Assembly: GCA_038087875.1 (NCBI GenBank)
Contig: JAXLNO010000231.1
Location: 117,579 to 137,578, forward strand
Source of the DNA: Malacoraja senta
Taxonomy: Eukaryota
Direction of reading: 5' to 3'
DNA: 20,000 nt
Positions within the stretch are counted from its first letter, which is position 1, and the number at the start of each line of letters is the position of its first letter. Below are positions 1 through 8,767 of the stretch, piece by piece. A program made the position numbers and the translations under genes. The notes beneath the pieces are model-generated. The model was not told the origin of the DNA. It made no database searches and worked only from the letters and a program-made list of their open reading frames with translations.

Positions 1-696
1 GCGGCTATTATCCGAGTCGCGACCTCGCCCCCCACCCCCAATCCCACCTCCGCTCGCGGCATACCAACTGGGACCGGACCAGAGCTTCAGCAGCTGCGGC
101 GCTGCGCTCGATACATCGCGGAGCGGGCGAAGCCTTACCTGGGATCGCCGCTTGGAGCTCCGGAGTGTTGGGCCGCTGCTACAGTATCGCGGAGCTGTGG
201 GTGCGGAGCTCCAAACGCGGGCGGAACTGACTTTAACATCGCAAAGTCCTGGGACTATTTGACGGGGGTCGCCAGCGCGAATCTCCGCCCAGCGCGGCCT
301 GTGGACATCGGGAGCCGCGGACTCCGGTGGTAGGTGGAAGGTGGCCGATTCAGAGGTCCAGGCCGCTGAGGATGTTCTCCCGTTCGGCGTCGGGGTTCCA
401 TCGTTCCCGGCGAGAGGGCCTGAACATCGGGCCGCCCGTGGCGGCGACTGCGGGTGCTCGGGAGCACCCGACCACGGGTGAACATTTGGGAACATCAGCG
501 AGGAGGTTGACTGGACATTGGTTCCTTCCCTCACAGTGGGGAACTTTGGTGCCGCTGTGGGGATGTTTGAGTTGTGGACTACTGTGTTCGGTGCTTTTGC
601 GTTTTTTTTTAATTTTATTTTTTGTATTACTGTTTGGGAAGAGAATTTCGTTGTCTCTTAATTGAAGACAATTGAAGATAAATGAAATCAAATCAA
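1..696 (+). mobile_element. GC-rich non-coding retroposon 'B' (3' part), SINE-like with Rex1/Babar-type tail
   Basis: Homologous to 10849-11538. Ends in AATTTCGTTGTCTC..GAAGACAAT..(AAATC)n, followed by ATCT (697-700) and the resumed integrase frame. Confidence 0.8.
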
Positions 697-700
697 ATCT

Positions 701-1138
701 AAAGTGGTTACCTGGAAGAGTAGTGAGAAAGTGTAGACCACGGACATACTTGGTCAAGATGTTTGGAAGTGGGAAGGTGAGAAAAGTACACATTGACCAT
801 GTCATGCCTATGCAAGCACAGACAGGTTTGCAACCAGATCAATTAGACGAGTCAGATAATTTGGTTACCACTCAAGTACAGGTACCAACGGATGAACCAG
901 AAATGGTACATGAAGGTACACAAGATAGTGAGAGTTGGAACCAGCCTGAAAATGGAGGTTCAAGTGTGGTTGACAGTCTACAAGATTGACTGATGGACTG
1001 GAATCTATGAATGTAGGTTAAAAGGAAGACTTGACTCGATCAAAAATGAGTCCAAGAGGTTCTAAACAGTCAGAAACTTTTGGTCAGAGACGATATCCAG
1101 ACACAAGGAGAAATCCGTCGGTTAGGTTTAATTTGTGA
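701..1138 (+). pseudogene. Gypsy/Ty3 LTR retrotransposon integrase C-terminal region (degenerate)
   Basis: KWLPGRVVRKCRPRTYLVKMFGSGKVRKVHIDHV resembles the SH3-like integrase C-terminal domain. The terminal RRYPDTRRNPSVRFNL* motif is typical of Gypsy pol ends. Internal stops are present. Confidence 0.85.
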
Positions 1139-1325
1139 GGTTTAATTTGGGAAATGCACAGATCATTGCATATGCAACATATATGCCCCACCCCCTCATT
1201 TTATTCAAGTTATATAAAAGTAAACTAATATAAAAGATTGTAATATATTCATACCGTTTTTATTATATTCACAAATGTCAACAATGTATATTTAAAAATG
1301 TCAACAAGGCGATAACGTTTTCATT

Positions 1326-1465
1326 AAGGTGGGAGGAGTTATAATAGCGCCACCTTTAGTTGGAGCATTGTATATGATTGAATAAACCACGGTGCAGCTG
1401 TGCAGTCATGTTCCGGTCACCAGTGAGTTAACTTGTTAATCTGTGTCTGAGCTCAATATATCACA
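1326..1465 (+). mobile_element. Polypurine tract plus short Gypsy 3' LTR
   Basis: AAGGTGGGAGGAG (1326-1338) is followed by TATAATAGCGCCACC (probably a mutated TGT start). AATAAA lies at 1381 and the segment ends ..ATATCACA at 1465, directly downstream of the pol end. Confidence 0.65.
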
Positions 1466-2072
1466 GATGGGAGTCAGGGGGTTTGTAGTAGATATTGGTC
1501 AGTAGTCGGTTACCTGCGATGGAGATAGTGAGGTCAAGAAACGGTGGGGAGATATTGGGAATGGTCCAGGTGAATTTGAGTGCCGGATGGAAGTTAGTGG
1601 TGAATTGGATGAAGCCAGTGAGTTCTGCATGGGTGCAGGAGGCAGCACCGTTGCAGTCGTCGATGTAGCGGAGGTAGAGTTCGGGGATAGGGCCACGGTA
1701 TCGCCTCGAACAAGGATATGGGCCCAGGCGCGAGCCAATAGCTACGCCTTGGATTTGGAGGAAATGGGAGGAGTCAAAGGAAAAGTTGTTGAAGGTAAGG
1801 ACCTGCGCCGCTAGGCGGAGGATTATTAGTAGACATGGACTGGTTGGTTCTGTGGTCGAGGTAGAAACGGAGGGCTTTAAGACCCTCCTGGTCGGGGATG
1901 GAGGTGTAGAGTGATTGGACATCCAATGTGAAGATGAGGGAATGGGAACCTGGAAAATGGAAGCCATGAATGGGATGAAGAGCGTGTGAGGTGCCTGGGA
2001 CATAGGTAGGGAGGGATTTGACCAGGGGGATAGGATGGAGTCGATGTATATGGAAATAAGTTTGGTGGTACA
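1466..2072 (-). mobile_element. Penelope-like element (PLE) reverse transcriptase fragment, frameshifted
   Basis: ORFs 1774-2073 and 1461-2003 give IFTLDVQSLYTSIP, NNFSF..LQIQGVAIGSRLGP, YLRYIDD, FHPALKFT, PFLDL and IYYKP.DSH, which are PLE RT motifs. There is a frameshift and a deletion after GP. Confidence 0.9.
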
Positions 2073-2339
2073 AGGGTCGAGGTATGTGGGACTTAACGAT
2101 AAATTAGTTCGTTCGAAGGCATAATACTCTGCTGATCAAGTGCTAGTAAATAGGATTTATTAGTTGGATACTTTTGAGAAAGTCCGTTGTTGGGCCTGCT
2201 TCTCTTCTCTGTGACTCTGTGACACACGACCCAGTCTTGCACAATTCTCCACATGTGGTATCACCGTCACTAGTTATGGCAGGGGTTCGCTACTTTTCCC
2301 TTGAATGGGTCGAGTGAGAGGTGCGGACATTATTCCTTC

Positions 2340-2430
2340 GATGAGGGATGATCTTATGATTATGTATAAAATCACGAGGAAAATAGATAAGGTAAATGCA
2401 CTTTTACCCAGGTCGAGGAATCAAAAACCA
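2340..2430 (+). mobile_element. Short old CR1 LINE ORF2 C-terminal fragment
   Basis: GATGAGGGATGATCTTATG..TATAAAATCACGAGGAAAATAGATAAGG..GAATCAAAAACCA resembles the MRGDLIE.YKI.RG.D....ES.T segment of the other CR1 copies in the window. Confidence 0.55.
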
Positions 2431-2659
2431 TCTTAGATATCGATATCGTCTGTTTCACATGGACAATCTTAGTCGCCATCATTCTACGAACATTCCCGCT
2501 CTGATCATAAATATCACTTTTCTCAGATGATTAGCATTGGTAAGGTTAGGCAAATGTTTACTAGTGTGATATGTACCGAGGAATAGTGAAACGCCTTTTT
2601 TGCTTCCGATCCACTCAGATCGGCTAGACCGTGCAAAGGTACCAACTGTTCAAACTCAG

Positions 2660-2743
2660 AGGTAGACAGAAATGCTGGAGAAACTCAGCGGGTGCAGCAG
2701 CATCTATGGAGCGAAGGAAATAGGCAACGACCCTTCTTCAAAC
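2660..2743 (-). mobile_element. PLE terminal-repeat fragment with degenerate hammerhead ribozyme
   Basis: The minus strand reads TTGAAGAAGGGTC-GTTGCCTATTTCCTTCGCTCCATAGATGCTGCTGCACCCGCTGAGTTTCTCCAGCATTT. This matches, from memory, the elasmobranch PLE repeat that begins CTGAAGAAGGGTC..CCCGAAACGT; the GAAA half is deleted here. Confidence 0.65.
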
Positions 2744-2782
2744 ACCGATACATCAGATAGACCAAGGGGAATGTACAGAATA

Positions 2783-2939
2783 CTAAATATTGTTCGTGAT
2801 GTGATGATCAATATTGTCTTTCATTTCTACGAATCCCAGAATTGTCCTTGTGTTTGTAAGGATGAACATCATTTGCTCAGCCCACATTACATAATTCAGA
2901 CCGCCGTGGAACTGGTCATGTGCAGTTGGCGAATTCGAG
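2783..2939 (-). other. Candidate exon Y (strong 3' splice site; downstream end uncertain)
   Basis: The minus strand has ACTGACTTTGCGTTTTTACAG|CTCGAATTC (branch-like CTGAC, pyrimidine tract, CAG). The pyrimidine tract and CAG are kept in unit 2 (exon start 13475). I recognise no TE in this sequence. Confidence 0.35.
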
Positions 2940-2950
2940 CTGTAAAAACG

Positions 2951-3985
2951 CAAAGTCAGTACAATGTGCAAAACGTATCATTTGACTGTGCCGAGGTCCA
3001 CAGCTGGAACGATGTATAATGCAGTGCTGTTGTGAGCCATCCCGCTGGGTTCGTGGTGTTGTGAACAATTAAGATGGGAAGGGCATTAGGTTTTAGCCAC
3101 GTTTATTATTCTCACATGTATCAAGGTACATTCTAAAACTTGGTTGTGCCTGCTGTCCAAAGTGATCAGATATAACATATACAAATTCAATCTGTTCAAA
3201 CACGAGGACACAGAGTGGTGAGTCTTTGTATAAACACAGAGGGTGGTAACTGTGTGGTTAGTGGGTATATAGAACGAGCTGCCAAAGGAGATAGTTGGGG
3301 TGAAAACTATCACAAAATGTAAAGACATTTGGACAGGTAGGTGAATAGGAAAGGTTGAAAATAATCAGTGCCATAGCCGGTGTGACTAGTGTTTATGGGG
3401 CACATTGGCCGGTTAGGGCCTGGTAACGGAGGGTAACAGGTTATTCGTATGTCCCGTGGTGCGCAGTTTCAGAACTGACCTCGGACTCAATCATTTCCTA
3501 CCTCATTACATTATTCGTCATTGCCCTATTGTCCAAAACACATGTTCGCCCAGCCATATTTGTACTTGATAAATGAGCATCACTATTTCTGGGTAGGAGG
3601 TACAGTGTATTCAGATATGTTTGACAGGATAAATTCCATCTTATCTCAGTCACCCAATTCGTATTCTGAAACATTTATCCTTACTAAATTATCCAGCAAC
3701 CCTTTGTGTATTTCGGTGAATATCCACCCTGTCAAGGCCTCTCAGAAGCGGACATTTATTGTGTCAATAAAATTACTTGTAGTTGTTCCAAACTGCACAG
3801 AGTAGACGATCTGATAAACTGTTGGTCCTTTGGCGGCCATTTTTTCAGAGGGATAAATCTCGACTTCAGTCTCTGCACCGAGCTGAGGACGCGTATCGTG
3901 TTCCTTGAAAGATATAATGTCAAAGCAGAACAATCTGTGTCCAAGGGTAAAGGGGTAACTATAGAGAGAGTGGGCTCTCATGGAT
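2951..3985. repeat. Internal duplication in unit 1: compact, diverged paralog of 3986-7297
   Basis: 2951-3418 matches 3986-4475, 3419-3497 matches 5110-5188, and 3500-3985 matches 6803-7291. Absent from unit 2. Confidence 0.92.
3742..3903 (-). other. Candidate coding exon X, copy a (EHDTRPQLGAETEVEIYPSEKMAAKGPTVYQIVYSVQFGTTTSNFIDTINVRF*)
   Basis: Acceptor-like TTCTGCTTTGACATTATATCTTTCAAG|GAA. The frame is open and indel-free in all three copies, and several inter-copy changes are synonymous. Confidence 0.4.
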
Positions 3986-4130
3986 CAAAGTTAGTACAAT
4001 GGGCAAAACGTATCATTTGACTGTGCCGAGGTCCACAGCTGGAACGATGTATGATGCGTTGCTTCTGTGAACCATGGGACATCCCGCTGGGTTCGTGGTG
4101 TTGGGAACAATTAAGATGCGAAGGGCATTA

Positions 4131-4250
4131 GGTTTTAGCCACGTTTATTGTTATCACATGTATCAAGGTACAGTCTAAAACTTGGTTGTGCCTGCTGTCC
4201 AAACTGATCAGATATAACATATACAGATTCAATTAGTTCAAACACGAGAA
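4131..4250 (-). mobile_element. Old Rex1-type retroposon 3' tail fragment (also about 3091-3210 and 13632-13745)
   Basis: The minus strand has ..ACTGTACCTTGATACATGTGATAACAATAAAC..CTAAAACCTAA, a hairpin-GACAATAAA-like tail. Degenerate. Confidence 0.45.
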
Positions 4251-4311
4251 CACAGAGTGGTGAGTCTTTGTATAAACACAGAGGGTGATCAGTATGTGGA
4301 TTCGCACAGGG

Positions 4312-4500
4312 GTTGGTGGGTTTATAGAACGAGCTGCTAGAGCAGATAGTTGAGGCGAAAACTATCACAAAATATAAAGACATTTGGTCGTAAATGTATG
4401 GGAAAGGTTGAAAATGATCAGGGCCAAACATAGCAGGTGGGTCTAGTGGAGATGGGGCACATTTGTCGGTTAGGGCAAGCTGGGCCGATGGTCTATGATT
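4312..4500 (+). mobile_element. Old CR1 LINE 3' end fragment (also about 3255-3418 and 13808-13995)
   Basis: GAACGAGCTGCTAGAG..TAGTTGAGGC..AAAGACATTTGG (N.LP.EVVEA..K..LD-like), followed by a GGGCCAAAC..GGGCAAGCTGGGCCGA 3' UTR. Confidence 0.65.
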
Positions 4501-4580
4501 ATGTAAATAGATGAAGCAAAGTGGACGATACAGAGTGCGGAACACAGTTTTCACCATTGTATCGCATTGTTGTTCCTCAG

Positions 4581-4990
4581 TTTGTGAGACAACGCCCAAT
4601 GCCACAATGGGTTAGAGGCTGTTGTGAGACAACGCCCAATGCCACAATGAGTTAGAGGCTGTTGTGAGACAACGCCCAATGCCACAATGGGTTAGAGGCT
4701 GTTGTGAGACAACGCCCAATGCCACAATGGGTTAGAGGCTGTTGTGAGACAACGCCCAATGCCACAATGGGTTAGCGGCTGTTGTGAGACAACGCCCAAT
4801 GCCACAATGGGTTAGAGGCTGTTGCGGGACAACGCCCAATGCCACAATGGGTTAGAGGCTGTTGTGAGACAACGCCCAATGCCACAATGGGTTAGAGGCT
4901 GTTGTGAGACAATGCCCAATGCCACAATGGGTTAGAGGCTGTTGTGAGACAACGCCCAATGGCACAATCGGTTAGAGGCTGTTGTGAAAC
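4581..4990. repeat. 40-bp minisatellite, about 10.2 copies (GTTGTGAGACAACGCCCAATGCCACAATGGGTTAGAGGCT)
   Basis: Units start every 40 bp from 4581 to 4981, with 0-2 substitutions each and no spacers. Confidence 0.98.
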
Positions 4991-5092
4991 CAGCAACGTG
5001 GCCGTCGGAAACCAGCACCACTGCGTCACTAATGTTTTCTTGGATGATGAATGAATGAAGTTAGAGGCAAATTGACCAGAACCACAACTCTG

Positions 5093-5172
5093 GAGGGACT
5101 GTTCAGAAGCCTGGTAACGGAGGGTAACAAGCTATTCGTATGTCCCGTGGTGCGCAGTTTCAGAACTGACCT
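5093..5172 (-). mobile_element. Rex1/Babar-like LINE ORF C-terminal fragment (also about 3419-3482 and 14680-14762)
   Basis: The minus strand translates to LKLRTTGHTNSLLPSVTRLLNS, similar to the RT.R..NSFFP.AIRLLN C-terminal motif of Rex1-type RTs. Confidence 0.55.
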
Positions 5173-5190
5173 CGGACTCAATCATTTCAT

Positions 5191-6806
5191 ACATAGAAAC
5201 ATATAAAATAGGTGTAGGAGCAGGCCATTCGGCCCTGCGAGCCTGCACCGCCATTTAATATGATCATGGCTGATCATCCAAATCAGTATCCTGTACCTGC
5301 CTTCTCTCCATAGCCCCTGATTCTTAAGCCACAAGGGCCACATCTAACTCCCTCTTAAATATAGCCAATGAACTGGCCTCAACTACCTTCTGTGGCAGAA
5401 AATTCCACAGATTCACCACTCTATGTGTGAAAAATGATTTGCTCATCTCGGTCCTAAAAGACTTCCCCCTTATCCTTAAACTGTGACTCCTTGTTCTGGA
5501 CTTCCCCATCATCGGGAACAATCTTCCTGCATCTAGCCTGTCCAACCACTTAAGAATCTTGTAAGTTTCTATAAGATCCACCCTCAATCTTGTAAAATCT
5601 ACCGAGTACAAGCCGAGTCTATCCAGTCTTTCTTCATATGAAAGTCCTGCCATCCCAGGAATCAGTCTGGTGAACCTTCAATGTACTCCCTCTATGGCAA
5701 GAATGTCTTTCCTCAGATTTGGTGAACAAAACTGTACGCAATACTCCAGGTGTGGCCTCACCAAGACCCTGTACCACTGCAGTAGAACCCCGCTGCCCTT
5801 ATGCTCAAATTCTTTTGCTATGAATGCTAACATACCCTTCGCTTTCTTCACTGCCTGCTGCACCTGCATGCCTACTTTCAATGACTGGTGCACAATGACA
5901 CCCAGATCTCGTTGCATCTCCCCTTTTCCTAATCGGCCACCATTCAGATAATAATCTACTTTCCTGTTTTTGCCACCAAAGTGGATAACCCAACATATCC
6001 AAGTCAGCTTGCAGCCTCCTAGCATCCTCCTCACAGCTAACACTGCCCCCCAGCTTCGTGTCATCCGCAAACTTGGAGATGTTGCATTCAATTCCCTCAT
6101 CCAGATCATTTATATATATTGTAAATAGCTGGGGTCCCAGCACTGAGCCTTGCGGTACCGCACTAGTCACTGCCTGCCATTCTGAAAAGGACCCGTTTAC
6201 TCCTACTCTTTGCTTCCTGTCTGCCCGACAGTTCTCTATCCACATCAATACTGAACCCCCAATACCGTGTGCTTTAAGTTTGCATACTAATCTCTTATGT
6301 GGGACCTTGTCGAAAGCCTTCTGAAAGTCCAGATATAACACATCCACTGGTTCTCCCTTATCCACTCTACTAGTTACATCCTCGAAAAATTCTAGAAGAT
6401 TCGTCAGACATGATTTACCTTTCTTAAATCCATGCTGACTTTGTCCAATGATTTCACCACTTTCCAAATGAGCTGCTATCCCATCTTTAATAACTGACTC
6501 TAGCATTTTCCCCACTACCGATGTTAGACTAACTGGTCTGTAATTCCCCGTTTTCTCTCTCCCTCCCCTTTTAAAAAGTGAGGTTACATTAGCTACCCTC
6601 CAATCCACAGGAACTACTCCAGAATCTGAAGAGTTCTGAAAAATTATCACTAATGCATCCACTATTTATGGGGATACTTCCTTAAGTACTCTGGGATGCA
6701 GCCTGTCCGGTCCTGGGGATTTATCGGCCTTTAATCCATTCCATTTATCTAACACCACTTCCCGGCTAACCTGGATTTCACTCAGTTCCTCCATTTCATT
6801 TGACAT
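5191..6806 (-). mobile_element. 5'-truncated CR1 LINE (RT domain, C-terminus and 3' UTR), pseudogenised
   Basis: ORF 5805-6662 has [32 protein letters not shown] and [22 protein letters not shown]. ORFs 5678-6109 and 5324-5653 give LVRPHLEYCVQF, DLIETYKI and VVNLWN.LP. The tail is CATAGAAA-like on the plus strand, with ACAT at both ends. A small frameshifting deletion lies near 5990. Confidence 0.95.
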
Positions 6807-7045
6807 GATTACATTACTCTTCATTTCCCTGTTGTTCAAAAAACAATTTCGCCCAGCTATATTTGTACTTGATAAATGAGCGTCACTATTTTCTGGGTAG
6901 GAGGTACAGTGTATTCAGATATGTTTGTCAGGATAAATTCCATCTTATCTCAGTCACCCAATTCGTATTCTGAAACATTTATCCTTACTAAATTATCCAG
7001 CAACCCTTTGTGTATCTCGGTGAATATCCATTCTGTCAAGGCCTC

Positions 7046-7207
7046 TCAGAAGCCGACATTTATTGTGTCAAAAAAATCACTTGTCGTTGTTCCAAACTGC
7101 ACAGAGTAGACGATCTGATAAACCGTTGGTCCTTTGACGGCCATTTTTTCCAAGGGATAAATCTCTACTTCAGTCTCTGCACCGAGCTGAAGACGCGTAT
7201 CGTGCTC
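7046..7207 (-). other. Candidate coding exon X, copy b
   Basis: ATCTTTCAAG|GAG acceptor; EHDTRLQLGAETEVEIYPLEKMAVKGPTVYQIVYSVQFGTTTSDFFDTINVGF*. Confidence 0.4.
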
Positions 7208-7245
7208 CTTGAAAGATATAACGTCAAAGCAGAACAATCTGCGGC

Positions 7246-7562
7246 CAAGGGGAAAGGGGTAACTACAGAGAGAGTGGGACCTCTCATGAATCAAAGTGGT
7301 CACCTCTGTGTGGAGCCACAGGAGATGGACATGATCCTCAATAAGTATCTCCCCTCTGTATTTTTCGAGGATAAAAACAGTCGGATGGAGGATCTTGGGA
7401 CAATCAATGGGAGTTTCTTGAGAGCAGTCAGTGTTACCGTCGAAGAAGTATTGAAGGTACTATCGTGTATCAAGGTAGACAATCTCCAGGGCCTGGGACA
7501 TATCCGAGGACATTGTACGAAATTAGGGTGGGAATTGCGGGAGCCCTCGTTGAAATGTACGT
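7246..7562 (+). mobile_element. CR1 LINE ORF2 fragment (region between endonuclease and RT)
   Basis: ERVGPLMNQSGHLCVEPQEM..ILNKY..SVF and EEVLKVLSCIKVD, then a frameshift to SPGP..YPRTL.E....IAGAL. Confidence 0.85.
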
Positions 7563-8190
7563 GGTCAAGATGCGGAAGTGTGCCATTCGGCCCTTCGAGC
7601 CAGCACCGCCATTCACTGTGATCATGGCAGATCATCCACAATCAGTACCCCGTTCCTGCCTTCTCCCTATATCCCTTGAATCTGCTATCTTTAAGAGCTC
7701 TATCTAACTCTTTCTTGAAACCATCCAAAGAATAGGCCCCCACTGCCTTCTGAGGCAGACAATTCCACAGATTCGCAACACTCTGGGTGAGAAAGTGTTT
7801 CCTCATCTCCGTTCTAAATGGCTTACCCATTATTCTTAAACTGTGGCCCCTGGTTCTGGACTCCTCCAACATCGGGAACACGTTTCCTGCCTCTAGCGTG
7901 TTCAATCCCTTAATAATCTTATACGTTTCAATAGGATCCCCTCTCATCCTTCTAAATTCCAGTGTATACAAACCCAGTCGCTCCATTTGTTCGACATACG
8001 ACAGGCCCGCCACCCCGGGAATTAACCGTGTAAACCATGGGAACAACGTCCTTTCTCAAAATGGGTGACCAAAACTGCATACAATTCTCCTGGTGTTGTC
8101 TCTCCAGGGCCCTGTCCAACTGTAGAAGGACCTCTTTGCTCCTATACTCAACTCCTGTGGTTATGAAGGCCAACATGCCATTAGCCTTTG
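7563..8190 (-). mobile_element. CR1 LINE 3' fragment, second copy or subfamily
   Basis: ORFs 7952-8203 and 7642-8046 give KANGMLAFI, FTRLIPG..GLSY, LGLYTLEFRRMRGD.IETYKI, TRGHSLRI and NLWNCLP. The 3' UTR is similar to 5220-5320. Confidence 0.92.
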
Positions 8191-8202
8191 CGACAATATC
8201 CA

Positions 8203-8403
8203 TGTAATTTATGCGTATGAGCTGTACTCATTCTCGCACATGCTCAGACTTGCGCATATAATTATGTAAATCAGTCAGTGACCTTTAACTTGGAAATAAA
8301 TCATTCTTGCTTTTGATTCCTACACGAGTGTGTGTGGAGCCATCTTTCTCCGTCTAATATGTGCTAGTTTTACCTACATCGTAAGCAGACACATATCAAA
8401 ACA
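8203..8403 (+). mobile_element. LTR (5' LTR, TG...CA) of a Gypsy-type element
   Basis: Runs TGTAATTT...TCAAAACA with a TATA-like CATATAATT and AATAAA (8295-8300), and is immediately followed by a PBS-like sequence. The 5' boundary is less certain. Confidence 0.6.
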
Positions 8404-8417
8404 TTGTTTCAGCGGTG
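8404..8417 (+). promoter_or_regulatory. Degenerate primer-binding site (tRNA-Leu type)
   Basis: TTGTTTCAGCGGTG here and TGGTGGCATCGGTG at 17248 together reconstruct TGGTGGCAGCGGTG, complementary to the ..CACCGCUGCCACCA 3' end of vertebrate tRNA-Leu(AAG/TAG). Confidence 0.6.
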
Positions 8418-8767
8418 AAAGTGCGGATTTTTGGATAAAATGGACGCTATGATGATTAGCAAAAATGCTTTGAAAAGCTTTCAGGAATCAGTGTTTCAAT
8501 GCTCAGCGACCGACTAGCTGCATGCATGAGTGGGATGATATGCAGGCCAGTGAGCACACAACGATAAGACGCAGTGTGTACATCAGTGCTGTGGGAGACT
8601 GCTTAAACATTGCACACGCTGCATGGAAACAGATAAAAGTTTGGTTTCAATATATTTTCGATAGTAGTAGAAGATATTAGAGTATATTACGCAAATTGCA
8701 CAGTCGCGCGTTGAGCTTAAAGCTAAACGATACGTAAGCCATTAAGAGCGACGGGATACGCTGATAT

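Noticed and set aside
1344..1363. CTCF-like motif (reverse AGGTGGCGCTA) in the short LTR
   Set aside because: Only half of the consensus matches and the upstream CC spacing is off; not supportable without a PWM scan.
2672..3019. 115-aa plus-strand ORF
   Set aside because: It starts inside the antisense PLE repeat and is truncated by a stop in unit 2.
3756..3944. Alternative exon X frame (..SSTLCSLEQLQVILL..) with a vague four-helix cytokine look
   Set aside because: There is an in-frame TAG in two of three copies, the substitutions fit the other frame better, and the resemblance is superficial.
4603..4640. V(D)J RSS: CACAATG heptamer plus ACAACGCCC nonamer-like sequence in the 40-mer
   Set aside because: The spacer is 19 bp rather than 12 or 23, the nonamer is poor, and no V or J segment is adjacent.
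4581..4990. CRISPR-like array (GTTGTG..ACAAC palindromic repeat; also 14079-14587)
   Set aside because: The repeats are contiguous with no unique spacers, there are no cas genes, and the context is eukaryotic.
5805..6662. Active reverse transcriptase gene or retron-like system
   Set aside because: It is a 5'-truncated, frameshifted CR1 copy, and the RT core is deleted in the neighbouring unit.
7010..7621. 203-aa plus-strand ORF conserved in both units
   Set aside because: It is a chimera of the antisense of candidate exon X, a CR1 fragment and an antisense CR1 UTR. It starts at a non-ATG codon, and the inter-copy changes are mostly non-synonymous.
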